Assembly: GCF_035084215.1 (NCBI RefSeq)
Contig: NC_090370.1
Span: 7,564,001 to 7,628,000 of the forward strand
Direction of reading: 5' to 3'
DNA length: 64,000 nucleotides
From: Heptranchias perlo
Lineage: Eukaryota
How positions within the stretch are numbered: position 1 is the first letter of the stretch; each line of letters starts with the position of its first letter. Of the stretch, positions 12,377 through 24,430 are shown piece after piece. The notes below the pieces were generated by a model. The model saw only the letters and a program-made list of their open reading frames with translations, did no database searches and was not told the DNA's origin. The position numbers and the translations under genes were made by a program.

Positions 12377-12809
12377 CTGATCTTGTCAGTTTGGGGGTCT
12401 CCAAAATGTGAGTAAATTTGTCTGAACACAAGAATTCCCAGTCTCAACAAAGAAATCTCAGTCTAAACACAAAGAATTCCCAGCCAAACGTTTGTCTGAA
12501 TGAACTAAGTGCCCAGGTGCAATCTCTCACCTTTTATTGAGATGTGTCAATCACTGCTTTAAAGGCCCAAATGAGCTTTGGCTGCAACTCGCCTCCGTTT
12601 CAATGGCATGTTTCAGAAGCCACGGGAGACACAATCAGGAGTAGTTAAATCCATTTCTGTTGCAGAATCCACAAAAATTTAAGTACCAAAAGTGTTTCAA
12701 CTACCTGAATTGGCCCTTTAAATATCAGCCCACTGGCTTTAAGTGGGGAGAGGACTTCTGGGTTTCTGTTGCGCGTGCATCCTAACGCGCCTGGGCCCAC
12801 TCCAAAAGG

Positions 12810-13160
12810 CTGCGACTTTAACAATAGAGGAGAGGCTTTGGAGGAGGATGGTGTGGTCGACTGTGGCTGCAGGATGGCCAAGGAGTATGTGGAGGTTAGT
12901 GCACCACGGTCACAGTCACAGAGAATGTCATTTGTAACTTTGACTAGGGCCGTTTCGGTGCTGTGGCAGGGAGGGAGGGTGGAGCCAGAATGGAGAGATT
13001 CATATCGGCAGTTGTGGGAACGATCGACATGGATTTGGGAAGTGACATGTGTTCAAGGACTTTGGAGAGGAAAGGGAAGATGGAGATGGCACAGTAGTTT
13101 GCAACAGAAGGGTTGCGGGTGGTTTTTTTGAGGCGGGTGTGATAATGGCGGTTTCTATAA
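12810..13160 (-). mobile_element. L2 LINE reverse transcriptase (RT) fragment, upstream part of the 9290-9906 element
   Basis: Reverse complement encodes degenerate ANYCAISIFPFLSKVLE and CHSTETALVKVTNDILCDCDRG RT motifs. Confidence 0.75.
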
Positions 13161-13887
13161 CATACTATTATCGTTAGCAATTTTGCAATGATTCTGTAAA
13201 ATATCAGTGCACTCTCATGCTGTGTGAGCAAATTGTTCAGATAACCTTCCAATGAAAACCTAAAAGCATGGCCATGGCAGCCACAAGACTATTAGGTACA
13301 GTGTGCTTAAGTCGAATCTATTACAAAAGGAGTATATTGTTCTTTCTCCCTGTATCCTGACTGTGCTCAAACCAAGAGCTATTAGACCATCCCCTACTCT
13401 AACTCATTCTTTCCCAGGACTTGAAGTCTGTGGAACTCCCCACCTCCCTCAGTCTTCCCTTCCTCCGACAACCCACAAGCTTTTAAAACGCAAAGGTTGG
13501 TGTCACCTACCCACTGCTTCCTAATGTACCTCGTTTCTTTCTTCTACCGTTTGCAACCTTGGTGGCTTTCTGCAGTATGGACCATCTCCCTTCGCCCACG
13601 TTCCTCAATTCAAAGACAATTCCAGACAGTATTACAGCAAAGGGACAGGATTGCAAACTGCGAATGCTCTCGGTGTTTGAGGAACTGTAACCCACTCAGG
13701 TTTTGCCTTTGCAGTTTCTGGCATTATCTGCTCATCAGTTAGTGAGTATATTTTCCTCCATTTGCTGGTACTTCTTGAGACGGCGTTGTGATATAAAACA
13801 GAGTAGCCCACTTTGTACTTGTGCAGACCTTCTCCCAGACATTTGCAAATGAAAGAAAATTACCCCTCGATGTTTTCCCCTCATATA

Positions 13888-14268
13888 AAAGCCTTCAAAT
13901 GCCTCCATGGCCTCGCCCCTCCCTATCTCTGTAACCTCCTCCAGCCCTACAACCCTCCGAGATCTCTGCGCTCCTCCAATTCTGGCCTCTTGTGCACCCT
14001 CGATTTTCATCGCTCCACCATTGGCGGCCATGCCTTCGGCTGCCTAGGCCCTAAGCTCTGGAAATCCCTCCCTAAACCTCTCCGCATCTCTCTCCTCCTT
14101 TAAGACGCTCTTTAAAACCTACCTCTTTGACCAAGCTTTTGGTCACCTGTCCTAATATCTCCTTATGGGGCTCAGTGTCAAATTTTGTTTGATAACGCTC
14201 CTGTGAATCGCCTTGGGATGTTTTTAACTGCATTAAAGGTGCTATATAAATGCAGGTTGTTGTTGTTG
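13888..14268 (+). mobile_element. L2 LINE 3' fragment
   Basis: FKCLHGLAPPYLCNLLQPYNPPRSLRSS...GPKLWKSLP and (ttg)n tail. Confidence 0.9.
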
Positions 14269-14924
14269 AAACCTGTTTGAATGTCCAGCAGGGCAAGCAA
14301 AGCTTCAGCTCTGAGAGCTGTGGCCATTGCAGTCTGTAGTTGGATCAGCATAGCCACTGGACCAAATTCCACAAGATAACCGCTGACTCTTTCAAGAGCC
14401 AAGTGTGGCAAGTTTTCATCAAGGCTTGCAATCTTTGAGTGCTTCTGACAGGAAACAGACAAACTCTCACACATACTCTTTTTAATTGTGTAATTTTGTG
14501 CCTGGATGTGAAGATTTGGCCTTGTGTCATTTTATATTGACTGAAGCATTTACAGACAGACACGGAGCTGTTTCACCGCAAGAAACATGCAGGTATCAAA
14601 CAGACAGGGTGGGGTTTAAGTCGGGCTTCACTCATCTGACCCAGCAATCTCGTTGAAATTAATTGTTTGAATTTGGCAACTTTCAAGTGATAGGTAATCC
14701 AGATAGTGAGTGTAGGTGTAAGGGGTCAGAGAGAGGGAAACTGGTGGAGTGAACAAAGAAAAGTTTTGTGTGTGAGAGCAACACAGTTACAAGTAGGGAC
14801 TGTGTCTAAAGCTGATGTGGTCCTTCTGGTATGTGTAGCCTGCTGCAAGATACAAGGAGGCTTTGCTGCTAGCAGTAATAGTGGTGGCAATTATATCTTT
14901 TTGTTCACACAATATTAAGGTAGA

Positions 14925-15055
14925 GCTTCGGAAAGGCTGATAGGGTGAGATGAAGAGGGGTGGGAGGAGGCTCGTGTGGAGCATAAACACCAGCATAGAC
15001 GAGTTGGGCCGAATGGCCTGTTTCTGTGCTGTAAATTCTATGTAATTCTATGTAA
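14925..15055 (+). mobile_element. CR1 3' UTR fragment
   Basis: Matches 19980-20090; ends in (aattctatgt)x2. Confidence 0.85.
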
Positions 15056-15237
15056 TAGAAAGTAAATCTCTTTCGCCACATAAGCAAAGGGCATTCCGTG
15101 TGTTCGATATTTCTGGCAAAACAGGCAGCACAGAAGCTGCTTCATCTTTGAAACCTCCACACAATTGGGAAAGCCCTTTTCAATCCTGCCGATTGAAAGA
15201 TTCCACAAACCAAAGTAGCCATTTTGTGCTCAGACCT

Positions 15238-15442
15238 TCAACAACAACAACTTGCATTTATATAGCGCCTTTAATGTAGTAAAACATCCGAAGGGCGCTT
15301 CACAGGAGCGTTAAATCAAACAAAATTTAACACCGAGCCACATAAGGGGATTTTAGAACAGGTTAGTCAAAGAGGTAGGTTTTAAGGAGTGTCTTAAAGG
15401 AGGAGAGAGAGGTAGCGAGGCGGAGAGGTTTAGGGAGGGACT
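15238..15442 (-). mobile_element. L2 LINE 3' tail
   Basis: caacaacaacttgcatttatatagcgcctt... shared L2 3' end. Confidence 0.9.
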
Positions 15443-15804
15443 TCCCTTGTTTACCACAGCACTGCTGTCCCAGGCATTTAAAATTTACCATTACTTTCAC
15501 ATTCTCTGCCATTTGACTGTAAAGAACAGTTGCACATCGAACTTTTGTGAGGGCTGCGCTACAGAATGGAGGGCATACACCTCAGCTGCACTTCTTGTCC
15601 AAAAGATACACCTAATCCAGTTCGTGTGATTAGCCAGTAGATCAGGGCCAATCACACTGAATGGATTAATTTGTTAACAACAACAATTTGCATTTATATA
15701 GCGGTGGGTCAAAGGCAGTAGGGGATGCACAAGAGGTCAGAATTGGAGGAGCGCAGAGTTCTCGAGGGGGGGGTTGTGAGGCTGGAGGTGGTTACAGAGA
15801 TTGA

Positions 15805-17052
15805 GGGCTCGATTTTCCTGGCAAATTGTGGGTGCCTGGGGGCGGAGGTGGGGGGGGGCTCTGAAAATCGGGGAAATCCCGTTTGGGTTTGGAGCAGGAC
15901 ACTCTGTTATGGCTGCAAGACCTTTGTGTTTTCACTCAAAATTCTTACTTTCCACCCAAAATTCTGCTGTTCAAACATATTTAACTACTTTGCGGACCCC
16001 CTCAAACTCACACCGTCAGGATTGGAGGGGGCCTCATGGCAGCGTTCACCACTACATCCGAGGACGAGCAACATCACCAGCCTCGCCAGGCACAGCGTCC
16101 ACCTCCGCCACGTGGAGCTCCACAACACAGTGCTGCGCCACAGGCACCTGCACAAGAGCACAGAGGGCGACAACAGAGAGAGCGACGTTGCAGGAGGCAC
16201 TACCCTCGACACAGGGTCTACAGACTGAGGCTCAGATTCCTGGACCTCTCTGAGGAGCAGTGCATACGGAGGCTCAGAGTCAGTCGCCAGGTAGTCGCAG
16301 ACATCTGCAGCCTCCTTCATGCTGAGCTGCTCCTGGCTGGGCCGAGCAGCATCTCCTTACCTGTCACTGTCAAAGTCACCACTGCCCTCAACTTCTTCGC
16401 CTCCGAATCATTCCAGGGTGTCACCGGGAACATGGAATGTGAGGAGTGATGTGATAGAGTAGTGTTGGCAATGCAGAATGAGTTGGGGGGTGGGGCGGTG
16501 ATGTGGAAGACGGAGTGTAGGAGAATGAGTAAGTGTACTCACTTTGGTGACCTAATTAGGTCATTGAAGTGCTTCCTGCACTGGATCCATGTGCGGGAGA
16601 TGTTGCTGCTGCTGGTGACCTCCTCTGCCACCTCGAGCCAGGCCTTCTTGGTGGCAGAGGCAGGCCACTTCCTCCCATCCGCCAGACAGAAGACATCCCT
16701 CCTCCTCCTCACCCCATCCAGTAGCACCTGGAGTGAGGCATCACTGAATCTTGGCCCTTGCCCCTGTGCTGCACCATTGTGGTGTGTGGGTGTTTGCTCC
16801 AGGAGCAACCATTGGAGGACTGCCCCTTTAAATAGAGCTCCTCCAGCTGACAGCCTGTGATGCGGGTGCGCAGTCCGTCCGCTGCGCAGCTTTCAGACGG
16901 CAAACCCGGAAGCCAAGTTAAGTGGCTCCAATTGACTCGCGATCGCACGGGAAACGGACATTTATTATTGGGCGGGTTACCCACACGCCCAATCACCCCC
17001 CCCCCCGCCCCCCCCCCCGCTGTTATCCCGCCTCCATTCTAATTTCAGGGTC
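15805..17052. mobile_element. PIF/Harbinger copy B, 1.25-kb internal-deletion derivative in the opposite orientation
   Basis: Termini gggctcgattttc and aatttcagggtc. The 5' third of the transposase (16036-16433, +; LDLSEEQCIRRLRVSR, KVTTALNFFASESFQ) is joined to intron 1 and exon 1 of the Myb gene (16433-16780, -). Confidence 0.85.
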
Positions 17053-17245
17053 AGAGAGTTCAATGGGTTTAATTGTACCTTCGATTTACTATGTTGTTAA
17101 ACTGTTTCATGAGATTGAGGCTCCTTGGGGTAGGCATTTTCAGCTCTTGCACTGTGAAGTTAGGCTCACCTTCCAATTTTCTCTTCCTCCCTGTACAGAG
17201 CTGTAAGCTTTCTCACCTCAGCTCAATGCCACGATTTTATTTGAA

Positions 17246-17286
17246 ATCTACAAGCTTTCGGAGGCTTCCTCCTTCCTCAGGTAAAT
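17246..17286 (-). ncRNA. minimal type I hammerhead ribozyme motif in the Penelope pseudo-LTR
   Basis: AUUUAC-CUGAGGA-A-GGAGG(aag)CCUCC-GAA-AGCU-U-GUAGAU: stem I (with one G-U pair), stem II and palindromic AGCU at stem III. Activity untested. Confidence 0.7.
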
Positions 17287-17555
17287 GTCAGGAATTCTTC
17301 GAAGCCGACGCATTTATAAATCAGAGAACAATACATGGTGATTACAGACTGCCCCTGCAACTGCCCGTTGCCAAGGCAATCACCGTGTTCAGACAGAGAG
17401 GTGTCACCTACAGAACCCCCGAATATACATTCAACAAAAAAAAACAAACAGGAAAAAAAACAGAGAGAGAGAGAGGCAGAAACATCCGGAAGGCAGAGAA
17501 AGCCAGCAAATGACCCGTTATATTAAAAACAGATAGCTTTTGTTCGCTGGTGGGC

Positions 17556-18347
17556 TTACGTGTAGCGTGACATGAACCCAAGATCCCGTTTGAGGCCGTC
17601 CTCATGGGTGCGGAACTTGGCTATCAATTTCTGCTCGACAATTTTGCGTTGTCGTGTGTCTCGAAGGCCGCCTTGGAGTACGCTTACCCGAAGGTCGGTG
17701 GCTGAATGTCCCTGACTGCTGAAGTGTTCCCCAACTGGGAGGGAACCCTCCTGTTTGGCGATTGTTGCGCGGTGTCCGTTCATCCGTTGTCGCAGGGTCT
17801 GCATGGTCTCGCCAATGTACCATGCTCTGGGGCATCCTTTCCTGCAACGTATGAGGTAGACAACGTTGGCCGAGTCACAGGAGTATGAACCATGCACCTG
17901 GTGGGTGGTGTCCTCTCGTGTGATGGTGGTATCTGTGTCGATGATCTGGCATGTCTTGCAGAGGTTACCGTGGCAGGGTTGTGTGGTGTCGTGGACGCTG
18001 TTCTCCTGAAAGCTGCGTAATTTGCTGCGAACGATAGTCTGTTTGAGGTTGGGTGGCTGTTTAAAGGCGAGTAGTGGAGGTGTGGGGATGGCCATAACGA
18101 GGTGTTCGTCGTCATTGATGACATGTTGAAGGCTGCGGAGAACATGGCGTAGTTTCTCCGCTCCGGGGAAGTACTGGACGACGAAGGGTACTCTGTTGGT
18201 TGTGTCCCGTGTTAGTCTTCTGAGGAGGTCTATGCGATTTTTCGCTGTGGCCCGTCGGAACTGTCAATCGATGAGTCGAGCGTCATATCCCGTTCTTACC
18301 AAGGCGTCTTTCAGAGTCTGTAGGTGTCCATCCCGTTCCTCCTCGTC
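17556..18347 (-). pseudogene. Penelope ORF C-terminus: linker, Cys-rich motif and GIY-YIG endonuclease
   Basis: PCHGNLCKTC...CDSANVVYLIRC...YIGET...LRQRMNGH...VGEHF...EQKLI...GL. 5'-truncated, with a stop near 18265. Confidence 0.9.
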
Positions 18348-18641
18348 ATTGTTTCATGACACAGTGCAGCTACACCCTCTGCCTTTTCTCTCCTGTCTCA
18401 CAGTGTGACACCACAGAGTCTACACACAGTATTAAAGTTGCCATTGATGTACAAATCACTGCGATGGAGCCAACCTCCATTTTGACACAAGGCATCGCTA
18501 TATGCTATTTCTGCCGCTGCTACATTAATCTGAGCTGTTAGGTCTGTTAATACATAATCACAAGTCATTAATAGGGTACCCAAAACTACACAATATTGTA
18601 ACTGGTTGTAACTGTGGCCTAACAAAGGTCTGCTAAAGTAG

Positions 18642-19420
18642 ATCGAATCAGACCAGGACCTACTCCGTTAATGGTAGGGCGTTGGGGAGAGTTATAGAAC
18701 AAAGAGATCTAGGAGTACAGGTTCATAGCTCCTTGAAAGTGGAGTCACAGGTGGATAGGGTGGTGAAGAAGGCATTCAGCATGCTTGGTTTCATTGGTCA
18801 GAACATTGAATACAGGAGTTGGGATGTCTTGTTGAAGTTGTACAAGACATTAGTAAGGCCATACTTGGAATACTGTGTACAGTTCTGGTCACCCTATTAT
18901 AGAAAGGATATTATTAAACTAGAAAGAGTGCAGAAAAGATTTACTAGGATGCTACCGGGACTTGATGGTTTGACTTATAGGGAGAGGTTGGATAGACTGA
19001 GACTTTTTTCCCTGGAGAGTAGGCGGTTTAGGGGTGATCTTATAGAAGTCTATAAAATAATGAGGGGCATAGATAAGGTAGATAGTCAAAATCTTTTCCC
19101 AAAGGTAGGGGAGTCCATAACGAGGGGGCATAGATTTAAGGTGAGAGGGGAGAGATACAAAAGGGTCCAGAGGGGCAATTTTTTCACTCAAAGGGTGGTG
19201 AGTGTCTGGAACGAGCTGCCAGAGGCAGTAGTAGAGGCGGGTACAATTTTGTTTTTTAAAAAGCATTTGGACAGTTACATGGGTAAGATGGGTATAGAGG
19301 GATATGGGCCAAGTGCAGGCAATTGGGACTAGCTTAGTGGTATAAACTGGGCGACATGGACATGTTGGGCCGAAGGGCCTGTTTCCATGTTGTAAACTTC
19401 TATGATTCTATGATTCTATA
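18642..19420 (+). mobile_element. young CR1 LINE 3' fragment with open ORF2 C-terminus (18682-19332)
   Basis: RDLGVQV, LYKTLVRPYLEYCVQFWSP, LERVQKRFTRM, RGDLIEVYK, FFTQRVVSVWNELP; (attctatg)n tail; candidate TSD aaagtag at 18635-18641 and 19421-19427. Confidence 0.92.
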
Positions 19421-20090
19421 AAAGTAGCAATGCAGTTAACAAGGTCACAAAAAATGCAAACAAAGCACTGGAGTTCATTTCTAGAGGGATAGAATTGAAA
19501 AGCAGAGAAGTTATATTGAACCTTGGTTCGACTACACTTGGAGTACTGTGCACAGTTCTGGTCTCCGTAGTACAAAAAGGATATCGAGGCACTGGAGAAG
19601 GTGCAAAAAAGATTTACAAGGATGGTACCAGAACTGAGACGTTATAACGATCAGGAAAGACTGAACAGGCTGGGGCTCTTTTCTCCAGAAAATACAAGGC
19701 TGAGGGGTGACCTAATGGAAGTCTTTATAAATTATGAATGGGTTTGATAGGGTAGATGTACAGAAAATGTTTCCACTTGTGGGGGAGACCAAAATAAGGG
19801 GTCATAAATATAAGATAGTCACTAATAAATCCAATGAGGAATTCAAGAGAAACTTCTTTACCCAGAGAGTGGTGAGAATGTGGAACTTGCTACCACAAGG
19901 AGTAGTTGAGGTGAAAAGCATAGATGCATTTAAGGGGAAGCTAGATAAGTACACGAGGGAGAAAGGAATAGCAGGTTATGCTAATAGGGTCAGATGAAGT
20001 AGAGTGGGAGGAGGCTCGTGTGGAGCATAAACACCGGCATAGACCAGTTGGGCCGAATGGCCTGTTTCTGTGCTGTAAATTCTATGTAAT
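19421..20090 (+). mobile_element. CR1 LINE 3' fragment, second family
   Basis: LEYCAQFWSP, RGHKYK, FFTQRVVRMWN motifs and CR1 3' UTR. Confidence 0.9.
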
Positions 20091-20799
20091 ACTAGCTCCC
20101 ATATCACCATTATCTCCTGCTCTCAGATATTGAGTCCTTTGCTCTGGTAGTTGAAGACTTCATCCAATATATAGCTCCAATTGACAGGGTTTGATAATGA
20201 GAAATACTAGAGCTTAAAAGTACCAAAGGGTGTATTTTGCCAGGCTCTGTTCCTAGCATGGAGCCTTGTTCAGCGGGAGCACGGATCGGAGAATTGCGCG
20301 TGGAAACCAGCACCATGCTCTCAATTTTCCACCAATTATTTATCACCAATATTGCCCCTTCAAAAACATTGTGCCACGAGAACAGAGCCCTTTAACTTAA
20401 CTCATGCAACTAATGTGGAAAAAAAGGCTCCCCCCATACATAAAAGGCATAATGAGTTCCTCCTCCCAAATTTACATCTACAGGGCAGATCATATACAGC
20501 TAAACTTTAGGGTTCACAAATTAATTGAATATTCAAACAATTTCTGAATGCAGTCAAATCGAACACATATAACACAAGTAACAGTAAATATGCACCACTT
20601 TAATAGATCACTTGTGTAAACACTTTGCTTGCTCACTGTTTCCAAACCCCATTCTTTTGTCAGTGATGCCTGCACGTCATCAGAAAAAGGAAATACTCAG
20701 CGGTAAATATTTATAAGTGCCACTACAGACGTTAAAATAACTGGGATATCTGACACCCCTTCAGCGATAGGTTTTAGGTAGCAGTTGGAGTTTTCTCTG

Positions 20800-20930
20800 A
20801 CTCTGGCCTCTTGTGCATCCCTCTCTACGCCCCGCACTCTGGAATTCCTCCCTAAGCCCGTCTGCTTCTCCACCTCCCTCTCTTCCTTTAAGACCGTCCT
20901 TAAAACCGACCTCTTTGATCAAGCTTTTGC
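20800..20930 (+). mobile_element. L2 3' fragment, degenerate
   Basis: ctctggaattcctccctaagcc...tttaagaccgtccttaaaaccgacctctttgatcaagctttt. Confidence 0.75.
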
Positions 20931-22314
20931 TGTTGTTGATGTTGAGGGACAAAGCGTTCCTTCTCCATGTCTGTGCCACCATTTCCCAGCTCTTTCCTTT
21001 CCACGTGCAGCGGGATCTTTTGTGCTGTTGTGCACGTACATAGCCATACTACACATTTGTAATATCATGATGGCAAATGGCCATTGTTTGGAGACGGAAT
21101 CACAACAGCAAATGTTGGTTCCTTCTCCACTTCTTAAAAATTATTGGGAGAAAAGAAAGATATAATTCTGTTGAGGGAGTGTGCAACATTTGATGCCCCA
21201 GGCCTTGATGGTCCAATCCTTGGCACCCTGACTAAAGAGGTCTAACTTTTATGGTCCAGTGGTGAATTATGCTTCCATTTTCTGTTGCAGTCTGATAGAT
21301 GAGATACATCTGTTTTCTCTGGGGATGGGAGAAGAAACAAAGTGGGAGTGGACTATATGCTGCTTGGCCAGTGGGCATCTGCATTTGAGTCCTGGTAGGG
21401 GCAGTGTGTTTAGTCCAACCTCTACCAGTGTAGAATTCAGTCTGTATCTGTGTTCCCTAACATTGTAGTGGGAGGATACATCCCTGTTTCTGATAGCTTG
21501 GGAATGTTTGTGCAGCCAGCGATGGTAGCAGAAATGAATTTTCAGATTCACAAATTCCCCTATTTCACAGTCCCCAAATACAACTTCTGAAAATTCCAAA
21601 CACTCATCCTCAATTGCTACTGTTAGCAGATGTGAAAGCTTGTGAGCCTTGAAACCTTTTCTATTTGTTCTAGGGCAACTCTCCCAAGGCTGCATTTATT
21701 GTCCATTGCTAATTGCCCTCAGCACTTCATAGTGATTGTTTGGACAGTTGAGTGGCTTGCTTGGCCACTCCTCTTTTGAATTAGACCATTTGGATGGCAC
21801 ATAATGCCACCAAAGCAATAAACAAACTCTCCAAACAATACAAACAATTTAATACTTTTACACACACACGTGCCCTGGGCACCACTAATTCATGTGGTCC
21901 ATTGAAACTAAAATAAGCATTGTTATACAATGCCCTGATTTCCCAGATTTATAAAACGGACAATATCCTGCAATGCCCAGCGGTGGTGGAAGGCCTCAAG
22001 CATACTGGTGGACACTGCGTGATCTCTCCCCACGGGTCGCCCTGGTGCACTCAAGGCCTCAAAAGTGACAAGAATCGGAACGACTATCCCCACTGGTCCT
22101 ACCCATTCTGGAACTGCGGAGAGCATTAAGAGTCAACCATGTCATGTGAACGAGAATGTGAGTAGGGATGGGGCAGGTTCAATCCCTCAGCTTTCACAGT
22201 CTGGTGTGAGCCCACAAATATCCAGATTTGTTGAACGCAATTTCACAACTTGCCACTGTGGGATTCAAATTCACTACCTCTAGGTTGCTAGACCAGTACC
22301 ATAATTATTAGCAT

Positions 22315-23485
22315 ACAACAACAACAAGTTGCATTTATATAGTGCCTTTAACATAGTAAAACGTCCCAAGGCGTTTCACAGGAGCTTTACCAAACAAAAT
22401 TTCATTTGATAAACCAAGCCACATAAGGAGATATTCGGACAGGTGACCAAAAGCTTGGTCAAAGAGGTAGGTTTTAAGGAGCGTCTTAAGGGAGGAGAGA
22501 GAGGTAGAGAGGCGTAGAGATTTAGGGAGGAAATTCCAGAGCTTAGGGCCTAGTTGGTGAAGGCACAGCCGCCAATGGTGGAGCGATTAAAATCAGGGAT
22601 GCGCAAGAGGCAAGAATTGGAGGAGCGCAGAGATCTCAGAGGGTTGTGGGGCTGGAGGAGGTTACAGAGATAGGGAGGGGCGAGGCCATGGAGGGATTTG
22701 TAAACAAGGATGAGAATTTTAAAATCGAGGCGTTCCCGGACTGGGAGCCAATGTAGGTCAACGAGCCCAGGGGTAATGGGTGAACGGGACTTGGTGCGAG
22801 TTAGGATATGGGCAGCAGAGTTTTGGATGAGCTCAAGTTTATGGAGGGTGAAAGATGGGAGGCCAGCCAGGAGAGCATTGGAATAGTCAAGTCTAGGGGT
22901 AACAAAAGCATGGATGAGGGTTTCAGCAGCAGATGAGCTGAGGCAGGGGCGGAGACGGGCGATGTTGCGGAGGTGGAAGTAGGCGGTCTTGGTGATGGAG
23001 CAGATATGTGGTCGGCAGCTCATCTCAGAGTCAAATAGGACGCCAAGGTTGCGAATAGTCTGGTTCAGCCTCAGACAGTGGCCAGGGAGAGGGATGGAAC
23101 CATTAACAATATCAGCTAACATGGGGGCCAGGAAGGGAAGTTGGGTGGTCAGCAGTTTAGTGGGAATAGGGTCGAGGGAGCAGGAGATGGCTCTTATGGT
23201 CAAGATGAGCTCAGAGAGGGCATGAGGGGAGATAGGAGAGAAACTAGAGATCAGGGCTAGGGCAGTAGGGAACCGTAGGGGAAGTTTGGCTCAGTGGGCT
23301 AGGGGAAGGGAGGGAAATGGCAGAGGCAGCTGAACGGATGGTCTCAATCTTAGTGACAAAGAATTCCATGAGCTCCTCGCACTTGTTGGAGGTGAGGGTG
23401 GAGGAGGCAGGGGAGAGGGGTTTAAGAAGATTGTTTGTAGTGGAGAAGAGAAGCCGGGGATTATCTTTGCATTCCAGGATGATCC
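22315..23485 (-). mobile_element. L2 LINE fragment with the RT core internally deleted
   Basis: SCSLDPIPTKLL...IVNG is fused in frame to SIPLPG...RNLGVLFD...LIHAFVTPRLDYSNALLAGLP...LHWLPV; (caa)n tail. Confidence 0.9.
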
Positions 23486-24430
23486 GTACCAGGGGAAGCA
23501 ACCAGGGTGAGAGAGAGTAATGGTTGTAATGGGATCATGGGCATCAAAGGTGGTGGTGAGGGTGTGACTGAGCAGATTGGTAGCTGCAGAAATGTTAATA
23601 GAGACATTAACCTACTTACATTGAACAGGTCAGTGACTATTAAAGTGGTGGAGAGAGGAACTTCAGATGAACATGTTTAATGTTCCTACACTAATACTCG
23701 AAGAGCTGAACTTCAAGACATGATATTTAAGGAACACACTAAAGTGATTTTAAAGATCCTCTTCAAATGCTGACTTGTTCATCATTATAGTTTACATTCT
23801 TTTGACTGAGTTTAGAGTTTGTGGGAACAGCCCTAAAGCAGGTGAAAGAACAAATTGCAAAATAAACATTACTCTTATTACATGAAATGCTTTTAGGCAG
23901 GGACATTAAATGCTTTATGAACACATGCCTGGAAGGGGAGCAGTTTCCAAATGAGATGAAGGCTCAGTAAATGTTAAGTCAAATATTTTTCACGACAAAA
24001 TGACTGACCAGATGAACTGCAATGGTCTTTTCTGGTTCTGCACATTGCTACATTCTTAATGACAAAATCTAGTTTTTTGCTACGTTGCAAAAATATCGTT
24101 TCACTACTGTGTTGACTTTTACATTTTTCACTCAACATTTCCTGAGTAAAGTGTTGATCTGTTCACAGAGCTTGTTCATGTAATGATGTTCATTCCATGG
24201 AGACTAAGCACTGAAACAGGAAACTGAGAGAGCTGGAGAGCAAAGGCCTGGAAAACTTGTTTTAACATTTCAAACAGGAGCCCTATTATTATTATGCTCG
24301 TGACAGGAGCCACAGAGTCATGCCTCAATCAGAAATAAGTTACTTTTTTTCAGATAGTGTGATTTAAGGACTGGCTTCGGGTAGCTGCATTATTAAAGAG
24401 TTCCTTTCTCGTACCGGGGAGAAAGACAAT

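Larger units (their letters stand above)
9909..12800. mobile_element. PIF/Harbinger transposon copy A (transposase core deleted, right end truncated)
   Basis: Left terminus ggccatgattttaacatggcggcagg aligns with the termini of copies B and C. Carries a Myb/SANT gene on + and a transposase remnant on -. Confidence 0.85.
17235..18348 (-). mobile_element. Penelope-like retroelement 3' fragment (Neptune-like)
   Basis: GIY-YIG endonuclease ORF followed by a 3' UTR ending in the same pseudo-LTR/hammerhead sequence as the hairpin elements. Confidence 0.9.

Noticed and set aside
20225-20360. Possible MITE (also about 660-860, 7950-8120 and 27040-27130)
   Set aside because: Termini are too degenerate and I found no TSD.
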